From: an uncultured Opitutaceae bacterium
Lineage (GTDB): Bacteria; Verrucomicrobiota; Verrucomicrobiia; Opitutales; Opitutaceae
DNA length: 64,000 bases
Reading direction: 5' to 3'
NCBI GenBank assembly: GCA_964355715.1
Contig: CAYHEW010000020.1
Location: 5,529-69,528 of the forward strand
Shown piece by piece: positions 1 to 9,646 of the stretch (the stretch's first letter is position 1; every line of letters begins with the position of its first letter). The notes below the pieces were generated by a model. The model did not search any database, had not been told where the DNA came from, and was given only the letters and a program-made list of their open reading frames with translations. The position numbers and the translations under genes are program-made.

Positions 1-1
1 C

Positions 2-187
2 GCCGTCACGCTGATCGAGACCGCCCGCAACCACACGAGCGTCAAGGCCGTGAAGCGCATCCTCTACCCCTCGGACTACCAGGTCCGCGCCGACGCCATG
101 GTCGAGGCCCGCCGCACGGTTGGCGGCGTCGAGATCGAGAAGAACGAGGACCTCGCGGCCAAGCCCGCCAAGCGCGCCAAGAAGTAA
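2..187 (+). CDS. 3' end of an unidentified CDS (partial, enters from window start)
   Basis: Frame is open from the window edge to TAA at 185-187. Third positions are GC-rich like the neighbours. Ends in a Lys/Ala-rich tail (...AKPAKRAKK). No family recognised. Confidence 0.4.
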   Translation, partial: AVTLIETARNHTSVKAVKRILYPSDYQVRADAMVEARRTVGGVEIEKNEDLAAKPAKRAKK

Positions 188-198
188 TTCTCCTCCCC

Positions 199-1260
199 AT
201 GAAGGAATCCGCCGAACTCGTCCGCCAGGCCTGCGCCGGCCGCCGCCCCGCGCGCACGCCCATCTACGACATCCTCGCCAACGACGCCGTCATCAGCCAT
301 TTCGCGGGCCATCCGCTCGATGGCACCGACGACTTCGGCCACCTCTGCCGCGGCATCGGCGCAGGCATCGACGCGACGCGCTTCCTGATGACGCCCGCCG
401 TCGTCGGGTCCACGACCGTCGACCGCTTCGGCAACACGCACACGCACGAGCGGTGGACCAACTGGGTCTCCCACCACGCGCGCACCGACGTCGACGAATG
501 GATCGCCTGGCTCCCCGGCGAGATCGAGCGCCTCGAAAGCCAACCCGCCCCGACTGCCGCCGAGCGGGCCGCCGCCCGCACCGAGCAGGCCGGCATCCTC
601 GCCCGCCTCAACGGCTCCGTCCACATCGCCTGCACGCCCTCGACGGCCGTGAACGAGGCGCTCTTCGGCTATCACTGCGGGCTCGAGGCTCTGAGCTATC
701 TCTGGGCCGACGCCCCCGACCTCATGCTGCGCTGGTTCCGCGCCATCGAGCGCGCGCAGCAGCGTTACATCCAGCGCACCGCCCACCCCGACCAGGCCGA
801 TCTCGCCGTCATCTACAGCGACGTCGCCTTCAAGGGCCGCCTCATGTTCTCCCTCGATACCTTCCGCGCCTGGGGCTTCTTCGACGACGTCGCCCGCATC
901 TGCGCCGAGTGCCACCGGAACGGGCTGAAGGTCATCTTCCACTCCGACGGCTACATCATGGACATCTTGCCCGACCTCGTCGCCGCCGGCATCGACGGGC
1001 TCAACCCGATCGAGAAGGCCGCGGGCATGGACATCTACGAGATCCGCAAGCAGTACCCGAAGCTCATCCTCGCCGGTGGCGTGGACGTCACCCACCTCCT
1101 GCCGTTCGGCACGCCCGAGGAGGTGCGTCGCGAGACCCGCCGCATGATCGCCGAGACCGGCTCCGAGGGCCGCCTCCTCATCGGCAGTTCCACCGAGGTC
1201 GGCAACGACGTCCCCCTCGCCAACTTCCTCGCCTTCCGCGACGAGGTCTTCGCGCGGTGA
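199..1260 (+). CDS. uroporphyrinogen decarboxylase (URO-D) family protein, not HemE
   Basis: 353-aa ORF with ATG at 199. C-terminal half is typical of URO-D/MtaA-like TIM barrels (VIFHSDGYIMDILPDLVAAGIDGLNPIE, ILAGGVDVTHLLPFGTPEEVRRETRRMI, LIGSSTEV). The HemE N-terminal WxMRQAGR motif is absent. Confidence 0.8.
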   Translation: MKESAELVRQACAGRRPARTPIYDILANDAVISHFAGHPLDGTDDFGHLCRGIGAGIDATRFLMTPAVVGSTTVDRFGNTHTHERWTNWVSHHARTDVDEWIAWLPGEIERLESQPAPTAAERAAARTEQAGILARLNGSVHIACTPSTAVNEALFGYHCGLEALSYLWADAPDLMLRWFRAIERAQQRYIQRTAHPDQADLAVIYSDVAFKGRLMFSLDTFRAWGFFDDVARICAECHRNGLKVIFHSDGYIMDILPDLVAAGIDGLNPIEKAAGMDIYEIRKQYPKLILAGGVDVTHLLPFGTPEEVRRETRRMIAETGSEGRLLIGSSTEVGNDVPLANFLAFRDEVFAR

Positions 1261-1271
1261 GGGTTCGAACC

Positions 1272-2330
1272 ATGGCCCAATCTCCCTCCAAACGCGACGT
1301 CGTCGCCACGGTCCTCCGCGGCGAACGGCCGCCGTATGTCCCGTGGTCGTTCTGGTTCACGGCCGAGGCGGCGGAGAAGCTTTGCCACCATTACGGCATC
1401 GACGCCGCCGACCTCGACCAGCACGTCAACAGCCACATCCTCGGCCTCGGCAGCCAGATGCCAGTCGTCGAACATCTGGGCCACGACCGCATCCGCGATC
1501 GCTTCGGCGTCGTCTGGGACCGCTCGCAGGACAAGGACATCGGCATGGTCGAGGGCTGCGTCCTCCCCGAGCCCACGCTTGACGGCTACCAGTTCCCGTC
1601 GGCCCGCGACCCACGCATCTTCGGGCCCATCGCCACGGATATCGCCCGGCAGCCGGACCGCTTCCGCATGTTCGCGATCGACTTCTCGCTCTTCGAGCGC
1701 GCCTGGTCGCTGCGCGGCATGGAGAACCTGCTGATGGATTTCATCGAACAGCCGCAATTCGTCCACGACCTGCTCGACGCCATCACCGATCACAACCTCG
1801 AGCTCATCCGTCACGCCCTTGAGTACGACATCGACGCCGTGTACTGCGGCGACGACTGGGGCCAGCAGCACGGCCTGATCATGGGCGCCGCCGCCTGGCG
1901 CACCTTCATCGCGCCGCGACTCAAGCGCGTCTACGCGGCGGTGCGCGGCGCCGGGAAGTTCCAGGTCATCCACTCCTGCGGCGACGTGGACGAGCTCTTC
2001 GAGGATCTCGCCAAGCTTGGCGTGAATCTTTTCAACCCGTTCCAGCCCGAGGTCATGGACGTCCGCGCCCTCCTCGACCGCCACCGCGGCCGGCTGTCGT
2101 TCTGGGGCGGGCTCTCGACGCAGATCACCCTCCCGAAAAAGAGTGTCGCCGAGGTCCGCGCCGAATCCCGTGACCTCCTCACCCGCGGCGCCGCGGGGAG
2201 TTACGTCTTCGCCCCGTCGCACGCGGTCGAGGGCGACGTGCCGCTGGAAAACATGCTGGCCTTCATCGAGGAGGCCCACCGCCAGCCCGGCTGCGCGGGC
2301 ATCCTCGAGGTGCCGCGCCCGCGGACCTGA
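1272..2330 (+). CDS. URO-D family protein (paralog 2)
   Basis: Starts at ATG 1272 (MAQSPSKRDVV...). The track ORF 120..2330 carries a spurious Arg/Pro-rich extension that overlaps the previous gene. Motifs: HSCGDVDELFEDLAKLGVNLFNPFQPEVMD and FWGGLSTQ. Confidence 0.8.
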   Translation: MAQSPSKRDVVATVLRGERPPYVPWSFWFTAEAAEKLCHHYGIDAADLDQHVNSHILGLGSQMPVVEHLGHDRIRDRFGVVWDRSQDKDIGMVEGCVLPEPTLDGYQFPSARDPRIFGPIATDIARQPDRFRMFAIDFSLFERAWSLRGMENLLMDFIEQPQFVHDLLDAITDHNLELIRHALEYDIDAVYCGDDWGQQHGLIMGAAAWRTFIAPRLKRVYAAVRGAGKFQVIHSCGDVDELFEDLAKLGVNLFNPFQPEVMDVRALLDRHRGRLSFWGGLSTQITLPKKSVAEVRAESRDLLTRGAAGSYVFAPSHAVEGDVPLENMLAFIEEAHRQPGCAGILEVPRPRT

Positions 2331-2332
2331 CC

Positions 2333-3400
2333 ATGGGTGCTCCCGACCAGGCCAGCCTGCTTCCCCGCGCGGTCGAGGCGGCGCTGCGCAACTGGTGGGA
2401 TGGCGGCAGCCAGGAATATCCGCTGATTCTCGCGACCGCGCTCCGGCCGGGCGCGGTCCTGCCGGCGACCGACGACCTGAACCGCCACTGGCTCGACCGG
2501 GATTTCATCATCGAGCGCAAGCTGCGGGAGATCGAGGCCACGGAGCATTACGGCGTCGCGGTGCCCTATCATTACGTGGATCACGGTTCGAGCGCGATGG
2601 CGGGGGTTGTCGGATGCCCGCTGGTGTTCGTGGACCCGGAGACCATCTGGGCGAACCCGCGCTTCGAGACTCTCGACCAGGTGCTCGACACGGACTTTAC
2701 CCTCGACTCCCCGATCTACGCCCACATCCGCGAGCTCACCCGACGCAGCGTGGCCCACGCCCGCGGGCACCATTTTGTCGCGCCGTTCGCCCTCGAGGGT
2801 ATGAGCGACCTCATGGCGGCGCTCTACGGCGGCGAGAATTTCATGATGGACCTGATCGACCGGCCGGCGGACGTCGCGCGGGCGATGACCCGATTGAAGG
2901 CGCTCTGGCTCCGGGCCTTTGCCGACATCAGCAACCTCATCAAGACGTCCGGCAACCCCGGCGGCATCGGTTGGGTGGGCGTCTGGGCCCCGGGCACGAC
3001 CTTCCCGCTGCAGGAGGACGTGTCGTACAGCATCTCGGTTGAGATGTTTCGGCAGTTCCTGATCCCGCACATCCGCGATCAGATTGCGGCGATGGATTAC
3101 TCGTTCTTCCACGTCGACGGCCTTGGCATGATCCCGCATCTCGACGCGTTGCTGGAGATCCGCGAGCTCCGCGCGATCCAGTGGCAACCCGGTGCGGGCC
3201 ACGAGCGCCTCGACCAATGGTACGACCTGCTCCGCAAAATCCTCGCCGCCGGCAAGTCCCTACAGGTCTACGCCCGCGCCGAGGAAGTCGAAGCGCTCGT
3301 GCGCAATGTCGGCGCCGACCGCCTCCTCGTCATCGTCCGCGATTCCACCCGCGACGAGATCCGGCGGCTGGTGGACCGCTACCCGCTGACGAAATCGTAG
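2333..3400 (+). CDS. URO-D-like protein (divergent paralog 3)
   Basis: 355-aa ORF beginning 2 nt after the previous stop. Layout resembles a URO-D barrel (FFHVDGLGMIPHLDALLEIRELRAIQWQPG). Similarity was judged by eye only. Confidence 0.55.
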   Translation: MGAPDQASLLPRAVEAALRNWWDGGSQEYPLILATALRPGAVLPATDDLNRHWLDRDFIIERKLREIEATEHYGVAVPYHYVDHGSSAMAGVVGCPLVFVDPETIWANPRFETLDQVLDTDFTLDSPIYAHIRELTRRSVAHARGHHFVAPFALEGMSDLMAALYGGENFMMDLIDRPADVARAMTRLKALWLRAFADISNLIKTSGNPGGIGWVGVWAPGTTFPLQEDVSYSISVEMFRQFLIPHIRDQIAAMDYSFFHVDGLGMIPHLDALLEIRELRAIQWQPGAGHERLDQWYDLLRKILAAGKSLQVYARAEEVEALVRNVGADRLLVIVRDSTRDEIRRLVDRYPLTKS

Positions 3401-3419
3401 AGCCGCCCACCAATCCCCG

Positions 3420-3470
3420 CTACGGTAGGCCGCCCGCTTGCGGGCGCTGCTTGGCGGGCGCACGCCGTAG
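3420..3470. repeat. GC-rich REP-like palindromic element (family B)
   Basis: Outer inverted repeat is CTACGG (3420-3425) / CCGTAG (3465-3470). It encloses the perfect palindrome CGCCCGC-TT-GCGGGCG (3431-3446). Related copies lie at 21816-21865 and 28609-28665. Confidence 0.55.
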
Positions 3471-3473
3471 AAG

Positions 3474-3542
3474 CTCTCGCGGAGCCGCGGAGGTCGCGGA
3501 GCGATTGGCGTCAACTCCGCGGCCTCCGCGCCTCCGCGAGAG
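3474..3542. repeat. GCGGAG-module hairpin repeat (family A, single module)
   Basis: Left arm ctctcgcggagccgcggaggtcgcggag, 13-nt loop, right arm ctccgcggcctccgcgcctccgcgagag. Lies between convergent 3' ends. The right arm nearly matches the 28-mer at 20191-20218. Confidence 0.75.
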
Positions 3543-3556
3543 ACAAAGGACCGAAC

Positions 3557-5047
3557 CTACCTGGCGGGAAGCGAGACTGCCGCCGCCTGTCGCTGCCACC
3601 GCCGCAGCAGGCCCAGCGCCGCCAGCGCGGTTAGGAACCAGGTGCTCGGGGCGCCGCCACCACCACCGCCTCCTCCGCCGCCGGTCGTGGGAGTTGTGAC
3701 GATGACAGTCGGGTTGACGGTCAGCTGCACGGTGCTGCTGGTGACTGAGCCGTAGAAGTTTGAGACGACGACGTGGTAGCTGCCGGCGTTGGCGGACTGG
3801 GCGCTGGCGATCGTGTAGTCGGGGCCGGTCGCGCCCGTGATGGCGCTGCCGTTGAAGTACCATTGGTAAGTCAGGATTCCACCGGTGGCGGTCACGCTGA
3901 AGGTCGTGCCGGTGCCGGCGGTCACCGTGCGCGCGACCGGCTGCGTCGTGATGGTCGGCGCAGTGCCGGCAACCGCGGCCAGCGCGAGGTTGAGGGTGAC
4001 CTGGCCGAAGAGTGAATCCCAGCCGTCCACGGCGAGGTAATAGGTCGTGCCGGCGGTGACGTCGAAGGTGATGGTGCTCGTGCGGATGCGATCGTCGCGG
4101 GGGTTCTGCTGGGGCGTCTCGGCATCGTCATTGCCGGCGAGCCCGGTCAGGCTGCCCACCGCCGTGCCCGTGTAGGCGGCCAGCAGCGTGTCGAAGTTGC
4201 TGCCAAGGGTCGTGACGGTCAACTTGCCCGCGGCCGGGGCGGTGAAGCGCCACCAGACGGAGCGACCACCGGTGCTTGAGGCGTGGTTGGGCTCGCCGAG
4301 TTCCTTGCTCCCTTGAATATTGGTGCCCGTGACCGAGACGCTCGCGCTCGTGACGGCGACGGTGACCGCGTTCGCGAAGCTGTCGTTGGCCGGGATGCTC
4401 GCCGGCGCGCCGTAAAGCGTGCGGGCGCCGGTGATGTCGTCGGTCTGCAGCTCGTAAAGGTTGCCGATGCGGCTGTTCATGACCGCGGTCACCGTCTGCC
4501 CGGCCTCGTCGGGATGGCCGAGACCCAGCACGTGCCCCAGCTCGTGCAGGGCGACGCGCTGGATGTCGTAGGCGTCGGACCGGATCTGCCCGCGGTAGGA
4601 GTCGAAGGTGTAGGCGGAGTTGAAAACAATGTCGGATTCGACCCGGTTGTCGCCGATCGTGTACGAGACGGTCACGGCCAGCGTATTGGCCGGGAAATCC
4701 TCGCCGCCCACCTTGTCGGACGAGGCAATCTCATTGAGGCGGTTGCCCTCGGTGTGGGCGCCGGCGAGCTGGACCGAAGAGGTGAACTGGACGGTGCCGA
4801 CGATGCCGTTCCAGGTCTGCAGCGCGGCCTGCGCGCTCGCGTTGTAGGAGGAGGCGCCGTCGGTGAGGGTGCGGGTGGGCGCCGGCAGCTTGAGCTGCAT
4901 GGCGATGGTGCCCTGTTCCCAGGCGATCACGTAGGGGGTGTTGTCCCCGGTGATCAGGTCAAAGGCCGCCAGCGGTGCGGCGGCGAGGGCCGCGAGAACC
5001 AGCGGCAGGCCGAGCCGGCAAAAACGGAGGCGGTACGGCGCGTTCAT
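3557..5047 (-). CDS. secreted zinc metalloprotease (M10/matrixin-like) with PPC-like and Ig-like domains and a GlyGly-CTERM-type tail
   Basis: Signal peptide MNAPYRLRFCRLGLPLVLAALAAAPLAA. Zincin motif HELGHVLGLGHPDE. Pre-peptidase-C-like segment (NDSFANAV...WWRF...LAAY...GNDD). Ig-like segment (YQWYFNGSAITGATGPDYTI...AGSYHVVVSN). Tail is G10-APSTWFLTALAALGLLRRWQRQ. Confidence 0.85.
   Translation of the reverse strand: MNAPYRLRFCRLGLPLVLAALAAAPLAAFDLITGDNTPYVIAWEQGTIAMQLKLPAPTRTLTDGASSYNASAQAALQTWNGIVGTVQFTSSVQLAGAHTEGNRLNEIASSDKVGGEDFPANTLAVTVSYTIGDNRVESDIVFNSAYTFDSYRGQIRSDAYDIQRVALHELGHVLGLGHPDEAGQTVTAVMNSRIGNLYELQTDDITGARTLYGAPASIPANDSFANAVTVAVTSASVSVTGTNIQGSKELGEPNHASSTGGRSVWWRFTAPAAGKLTVTTLGSNFDTLLAAYTGTAVGSLTGLAGNDDAETPQQNPRDDRIRTSTITFDVTAGTTYYLAVDGWDSLFGQVTLNLALAAVAGTAPTITTQPVARTVTAGTGTTFSVTATGGILTYQWYFNGSAITGATGPDYTIASAQSANAGSYHVVVSNFYGSVTSSTVQLTVNPTVIVTTPTTGGGGGGGGGGAPSTWFLTALAALGLLRRWQRQAAAVSLPAR
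3560..3682 (-). other. C-terminal sorting signal (poly-Gly + hydrophobic helix + basic cluster), GlyGly-CTERM-like
   Basis: Ten consecutive Gly codons at 3653-3682, using mixed GGC/GGA/GGT. They are followed by STWFLTALAALGLL and RRWQRQ. Confidence 0.65.
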
Positions 5048-5670
5048 CGGCGGTAGGCGCGGCGAGCGCTTTTGATGGCTTGGACGAACTGTTCCGGCGT
5101 GAGCGCCTGCCCCGGATCGCGCAGGCGGCGGAGACGTTCGGCCAGGTCCCCCTGCGCCATCGGCATCGCGACCTCGTCGGCGGTGAGCAACGGCACGAGG
5201 TTGCTGCGGTTCATATACCGGCGGCCGGTGCGCTTCGCGTCGGCCATCACCGGGTACTGCCCGTGCATCATCGCGTAGAGCGGACTGAAGGCGCGGCCGT
5301 TGCCCTTGATGAAGAGGACGTCCTCGGCGCCGACGTAAAAGACCGGCGCGCCCTGCACCGTGAGCTTCCGGTCGCCGACCTGCCCGCCGAGCATCGTGAG
5401 CACCAACGGTTCCGGCGGCTGGCCGGCGATGACCTCCAGGACCTCAAGCTCGACCTTGGTATGGATGAGCTCCTTCCCGTCCTTGACGCTGGCTTCGGCG
5501 GTGACCGCCTTGACCCTAGCCCGAACGACGTAATCCGAGCCGTTCACCAGCTCCGGAAATTCCGGTGGTACCACCGTGGTGGCCGCGAGGCGGCTGCCGG
5601 TGAGGCCCCAGCCGACGAGGGCGGCGAAGAGCAGGAGGCGCAGCGCTGGTCCGGGAGTCGTGGAAGTCAT
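5044..5670 (-). CDS. hypothetical secreted protein, translationally coupled to the metalloprotease
   Basis: Starts at ATG 5670 (MTSTTPGPALRLLLFAALVGWGLTG, a signal peptide). Its stop overlaps the protease start as ATGA (5044-5047). The upstream part of track ORF 5044..6096 is antisense to gspD. No family recognised. Confidence 0.7.
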   Translation of the reverse strand: MTSTTPGPALRLLLFAALVGWGLTGSRLAATTVVPPEFPELVNGSDYVVRARVKAVTAEASVKDGKELIHTKVELEVLEVIAGQPPEPLVLTMLGGQVGDRKLTVQGAPVFYVGAEDVLFIKGNGRAFSPLYAMMHGQYPVMADAKRTGRRYMNRSNLVPLLTADEVAMPMAQGDLAERLRRLRDPGQALTPEQFVQAIKSARRAYRR

Positions 5671-5820
5671 GCCGGGAACAAAAGGGCCATGGAGGAGCCT
5701 AGGTTGACCCGCCAGCGTGCCTTTCGGTTCCGGCCAAGACAAGCCATGGCTTGTCATGCACCGGGGATGGGATTTGATCCCTGCCAAGGTCCGAGTCACC
5801 GGCACCCGTCCCAGGCACCC

Positions 5821-7814
5821 ATGAAATTCCCCTTCCCCACGCGCGGCTGCTCCTGCCTCCTGCTGGTCCTGGCCCTCGCCGGCACCGATCCTCTCGCTGC
5901 GCAGGCCCCCGCCGGTCGCACGCTGGCGTCCACCGACCTCGTCGGGCCGCTCACCATCCCCGGCGGCAGCCTCGACGACATCCTCGGCGCCGTCGAGCTC
6001 CTCACCGGCCGCACGATCCTGCGCCCGCAGAACCTCCCCGCGGTGACCCTCTCGCTGAACCTCAAGGAAAAGGTCTCCCGCCAGGAGGCCATCCAAGCCG
6101 TTGAAACCCTGCTCAACCTCAACGGCATCGCCATCACCCCGCTCGGCACGCGCTTCCTGAAGGTCACGCCGCTCAACGCCGCGAAGTCCGAGGCCCCCGA
6201 CTTCATCGAGGGGTCCACCCTCGACCTACCCCCGAGCGGCCGCACCGCGAGCAAGCTCTTCCAGCTCGAGTTCCTCCGCGTCGGCGAATTCATGCCGCAG
6301 ATCGGCGGCCTGCTCAACCCCGCCGCCGGCTCCCCGCCCGTCGTGTTCGACAAGAGCAACGCCGCCCTCATCACCGACTCCGTCAGCAACCTCCAGCGCA
6401 TCGAGACCCTCGTCGCCAAGCTCGACCAGCCGCTCCTCGCCGGCCTGAAGCCCAAGTTCTACTCGCTGCAGTCCGCCAAGGCCAGCGACGTGGTCAACAA
6501 GATGCGCGCCATCCTCACCGGCCCGCTCCAGACCCAGCTCGGCTCCGCGACGTCGTACAACCCCGACGACCGCACGAACCAGATCATCCTCATCGCCGAC
6601 CCGCGCCAGCACGGTTTCTTCGACGAACTGATCGCCAAGCTCGACGTGCGCGCCGACCCCAACACGCGCAACGAGGTCCTCTTCCTCAAGCACGCCGCCG
6701 CCAAGGACGTCGCCACCATCCTCACCCAGCTCGTCACCGGCCAGAACAACGCCGCCCGCCAGCAGGGCGCCGAGACTCCGCGCGTCGCCGGGGCCACGCC
6801 CGCCGCCACCTCCCCGGCCGCCGCAACGCCCGCGATATCGGTCGCCGCGCTCGGCCTCGCGATCGAGTCATCCAACCAGTTCAGCGCGCTCCTCACCATC
6901 CTGCCCGAGGAACGCAGCAACTCGCTCGTCGTCTCCGGCACGGTGGACGACATCCGCCTCATCAACGACCTCGTCGCCAAGATCGACGTCCTCCTCGCCC
7001 AGGTGCGCATCGAGGTCGTCATCGCCGAGGTCACCCTCACCGACGCCAACTCGTCCGGCATCAGCACCCTCGGCCTGCGCCTCGAGGGCAGCAAACTCGT
7101 CGGGTTCTCCGGCACTGGCGCCGGCACGAGCGTGACCGAGGCCGTGTTCTCGCGGCCCACGCCGGGCGAAACCGACCTCGCGGCCACCATTGCCCTCTCG
7201 ACCACGCCGCGGAAGTCCAACGCCACCATCCTCTCGCAGCCCAACATCATCACCACCCACAACAAGGAGGGCCGCATCTTCGTCGGCGAGCAGCGCCCCG
7301 TCATCAGCAGCTACCTCAACGACGGCTCCACCACCTCCTCCGGCAACATCGTCGGCACCGGCTACCGCAGCACCGTCGGCCAGCAGAAGATCGGCATCGA
7401 GCTGGTCGTGAAGCCGCTCATCGGCACCGACGGCTCGGTGCAGCTCGACATCAAGCAGGTCGTGGACGACGTGCTTGGCGAGATCACCATCGACGGCAAT
7501 CCGCAGCCGCGCGTCGGCAACCGCGAGACCGAGTCCTTTGTCAGCGTCCGCAGCGGCGAGATCATCGTGCTCGGCGGCCTCCAGCGCACCTCCGACACGA
7601 AGAGCAGCAACCGCCTCGGCCCGATCCCGATCATCGGCGACCTCCTCGGCGGCCGCTCGAAGGAAGTCTCCCGCACCGACCTCGTGTTCTTCCTGCGCCC
7701 AACGATCCTGACCAACACCCCGGCCGACAACGCCCCCGCGCTCCGCCAGATCGAGCAGCTCCCGGAAAAGCAGCGCGCCCGCATCGAATCCGCCCTCCAG
7801 CCGCCGGCCGCCAA

Positions 7815-7818
<4 letters not shown>
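5821..7818 (+). CDS. gspD: type II secretion system secretin GspD
   Basis: 665 aa from ATG 5821 with a signal peptide. Has N-domain repeats and secretin-domain motifs (ILSQPNIITTHNKEGRIFVGEQRPV, VKPLIGTDGSVQLDI, SGEIIVLGGL, PIPIIGDLLG...DLVFFLRPTIL). Confidence 0.9.
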
Positions 7819-9512
<1,694 letters not shown>

Positions 9513-9515
9513 TTG

Positions 9516-9642
9516 CAGATAGCGGATACCGGAGACCGGAAAGAACCGACCCAAAGCCTCCGCCCTATCCGGTTTCCGGTATCCTCAATCCGCAATCCGC
9601 CCTCCGCCCTATCCGGTTTCCGGTATCCGCAATCCGCAATTC
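9516..9642. repeat. hairpin plus 44-bp tandem duplication filling the gspE-gspF spacer (family A-like modules)
   Basis: Left arm ggataccggagaccgga (9524-9540). Two right-arm copies tccggtttccggtatcc (9568-9584 and 9612-9628) sit inside a direct repeat cctccgccctatccggtttccggtatcc starting at 9557 and 9601. caatccg sub-repeats are also present. Confidence 0.75.
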
Positions 9643-9646
9643 CACC

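Noticed and set aside
76-1095. Many long ORFs antisense to, or out of frame with, recognised genes. Examples: 76..1095(-), the N-terminal part of 120..2330(+), 7362..9554(-), 9824..10918(-), 13171..14403(+), 29906..32146(-), 38675..40969(+), 38826..41399(-), 41077..43374(+), 51557..54229(+), 54261..55781(+), 55899..56981(+), 62882..63853(-).
   Set aside because: Their translations are Arg/Gly/Ala/Pro/Asp-rich low-complexity sequence with no motifs. They lie opposite or overlapping genes with strong family signatures. Stop-free shadow frames of this kind are expected at about 70% GC.
3560-3682. Interpreting the C-terminal tails as PEP-CTERM/exosortase signals.
   Set aside because: No Pro-Glu-Pro motif precedes the helix. 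Instead there is a long Gly run, a rhomboid gene is adjacent to one of the two cargo genes, and no exosortase (EpsH-like) gene is in the window. This remains to be confirmed by HMMs.
9557-9640. Possible mini-CRISPR or tandem array in the gspE-gspF spacer.
   Set aside because: There are only two directly abutting copies of 44 bp with no unique spacers between them, and no cas genes. It is better explained as duplication of one hairpin arm.
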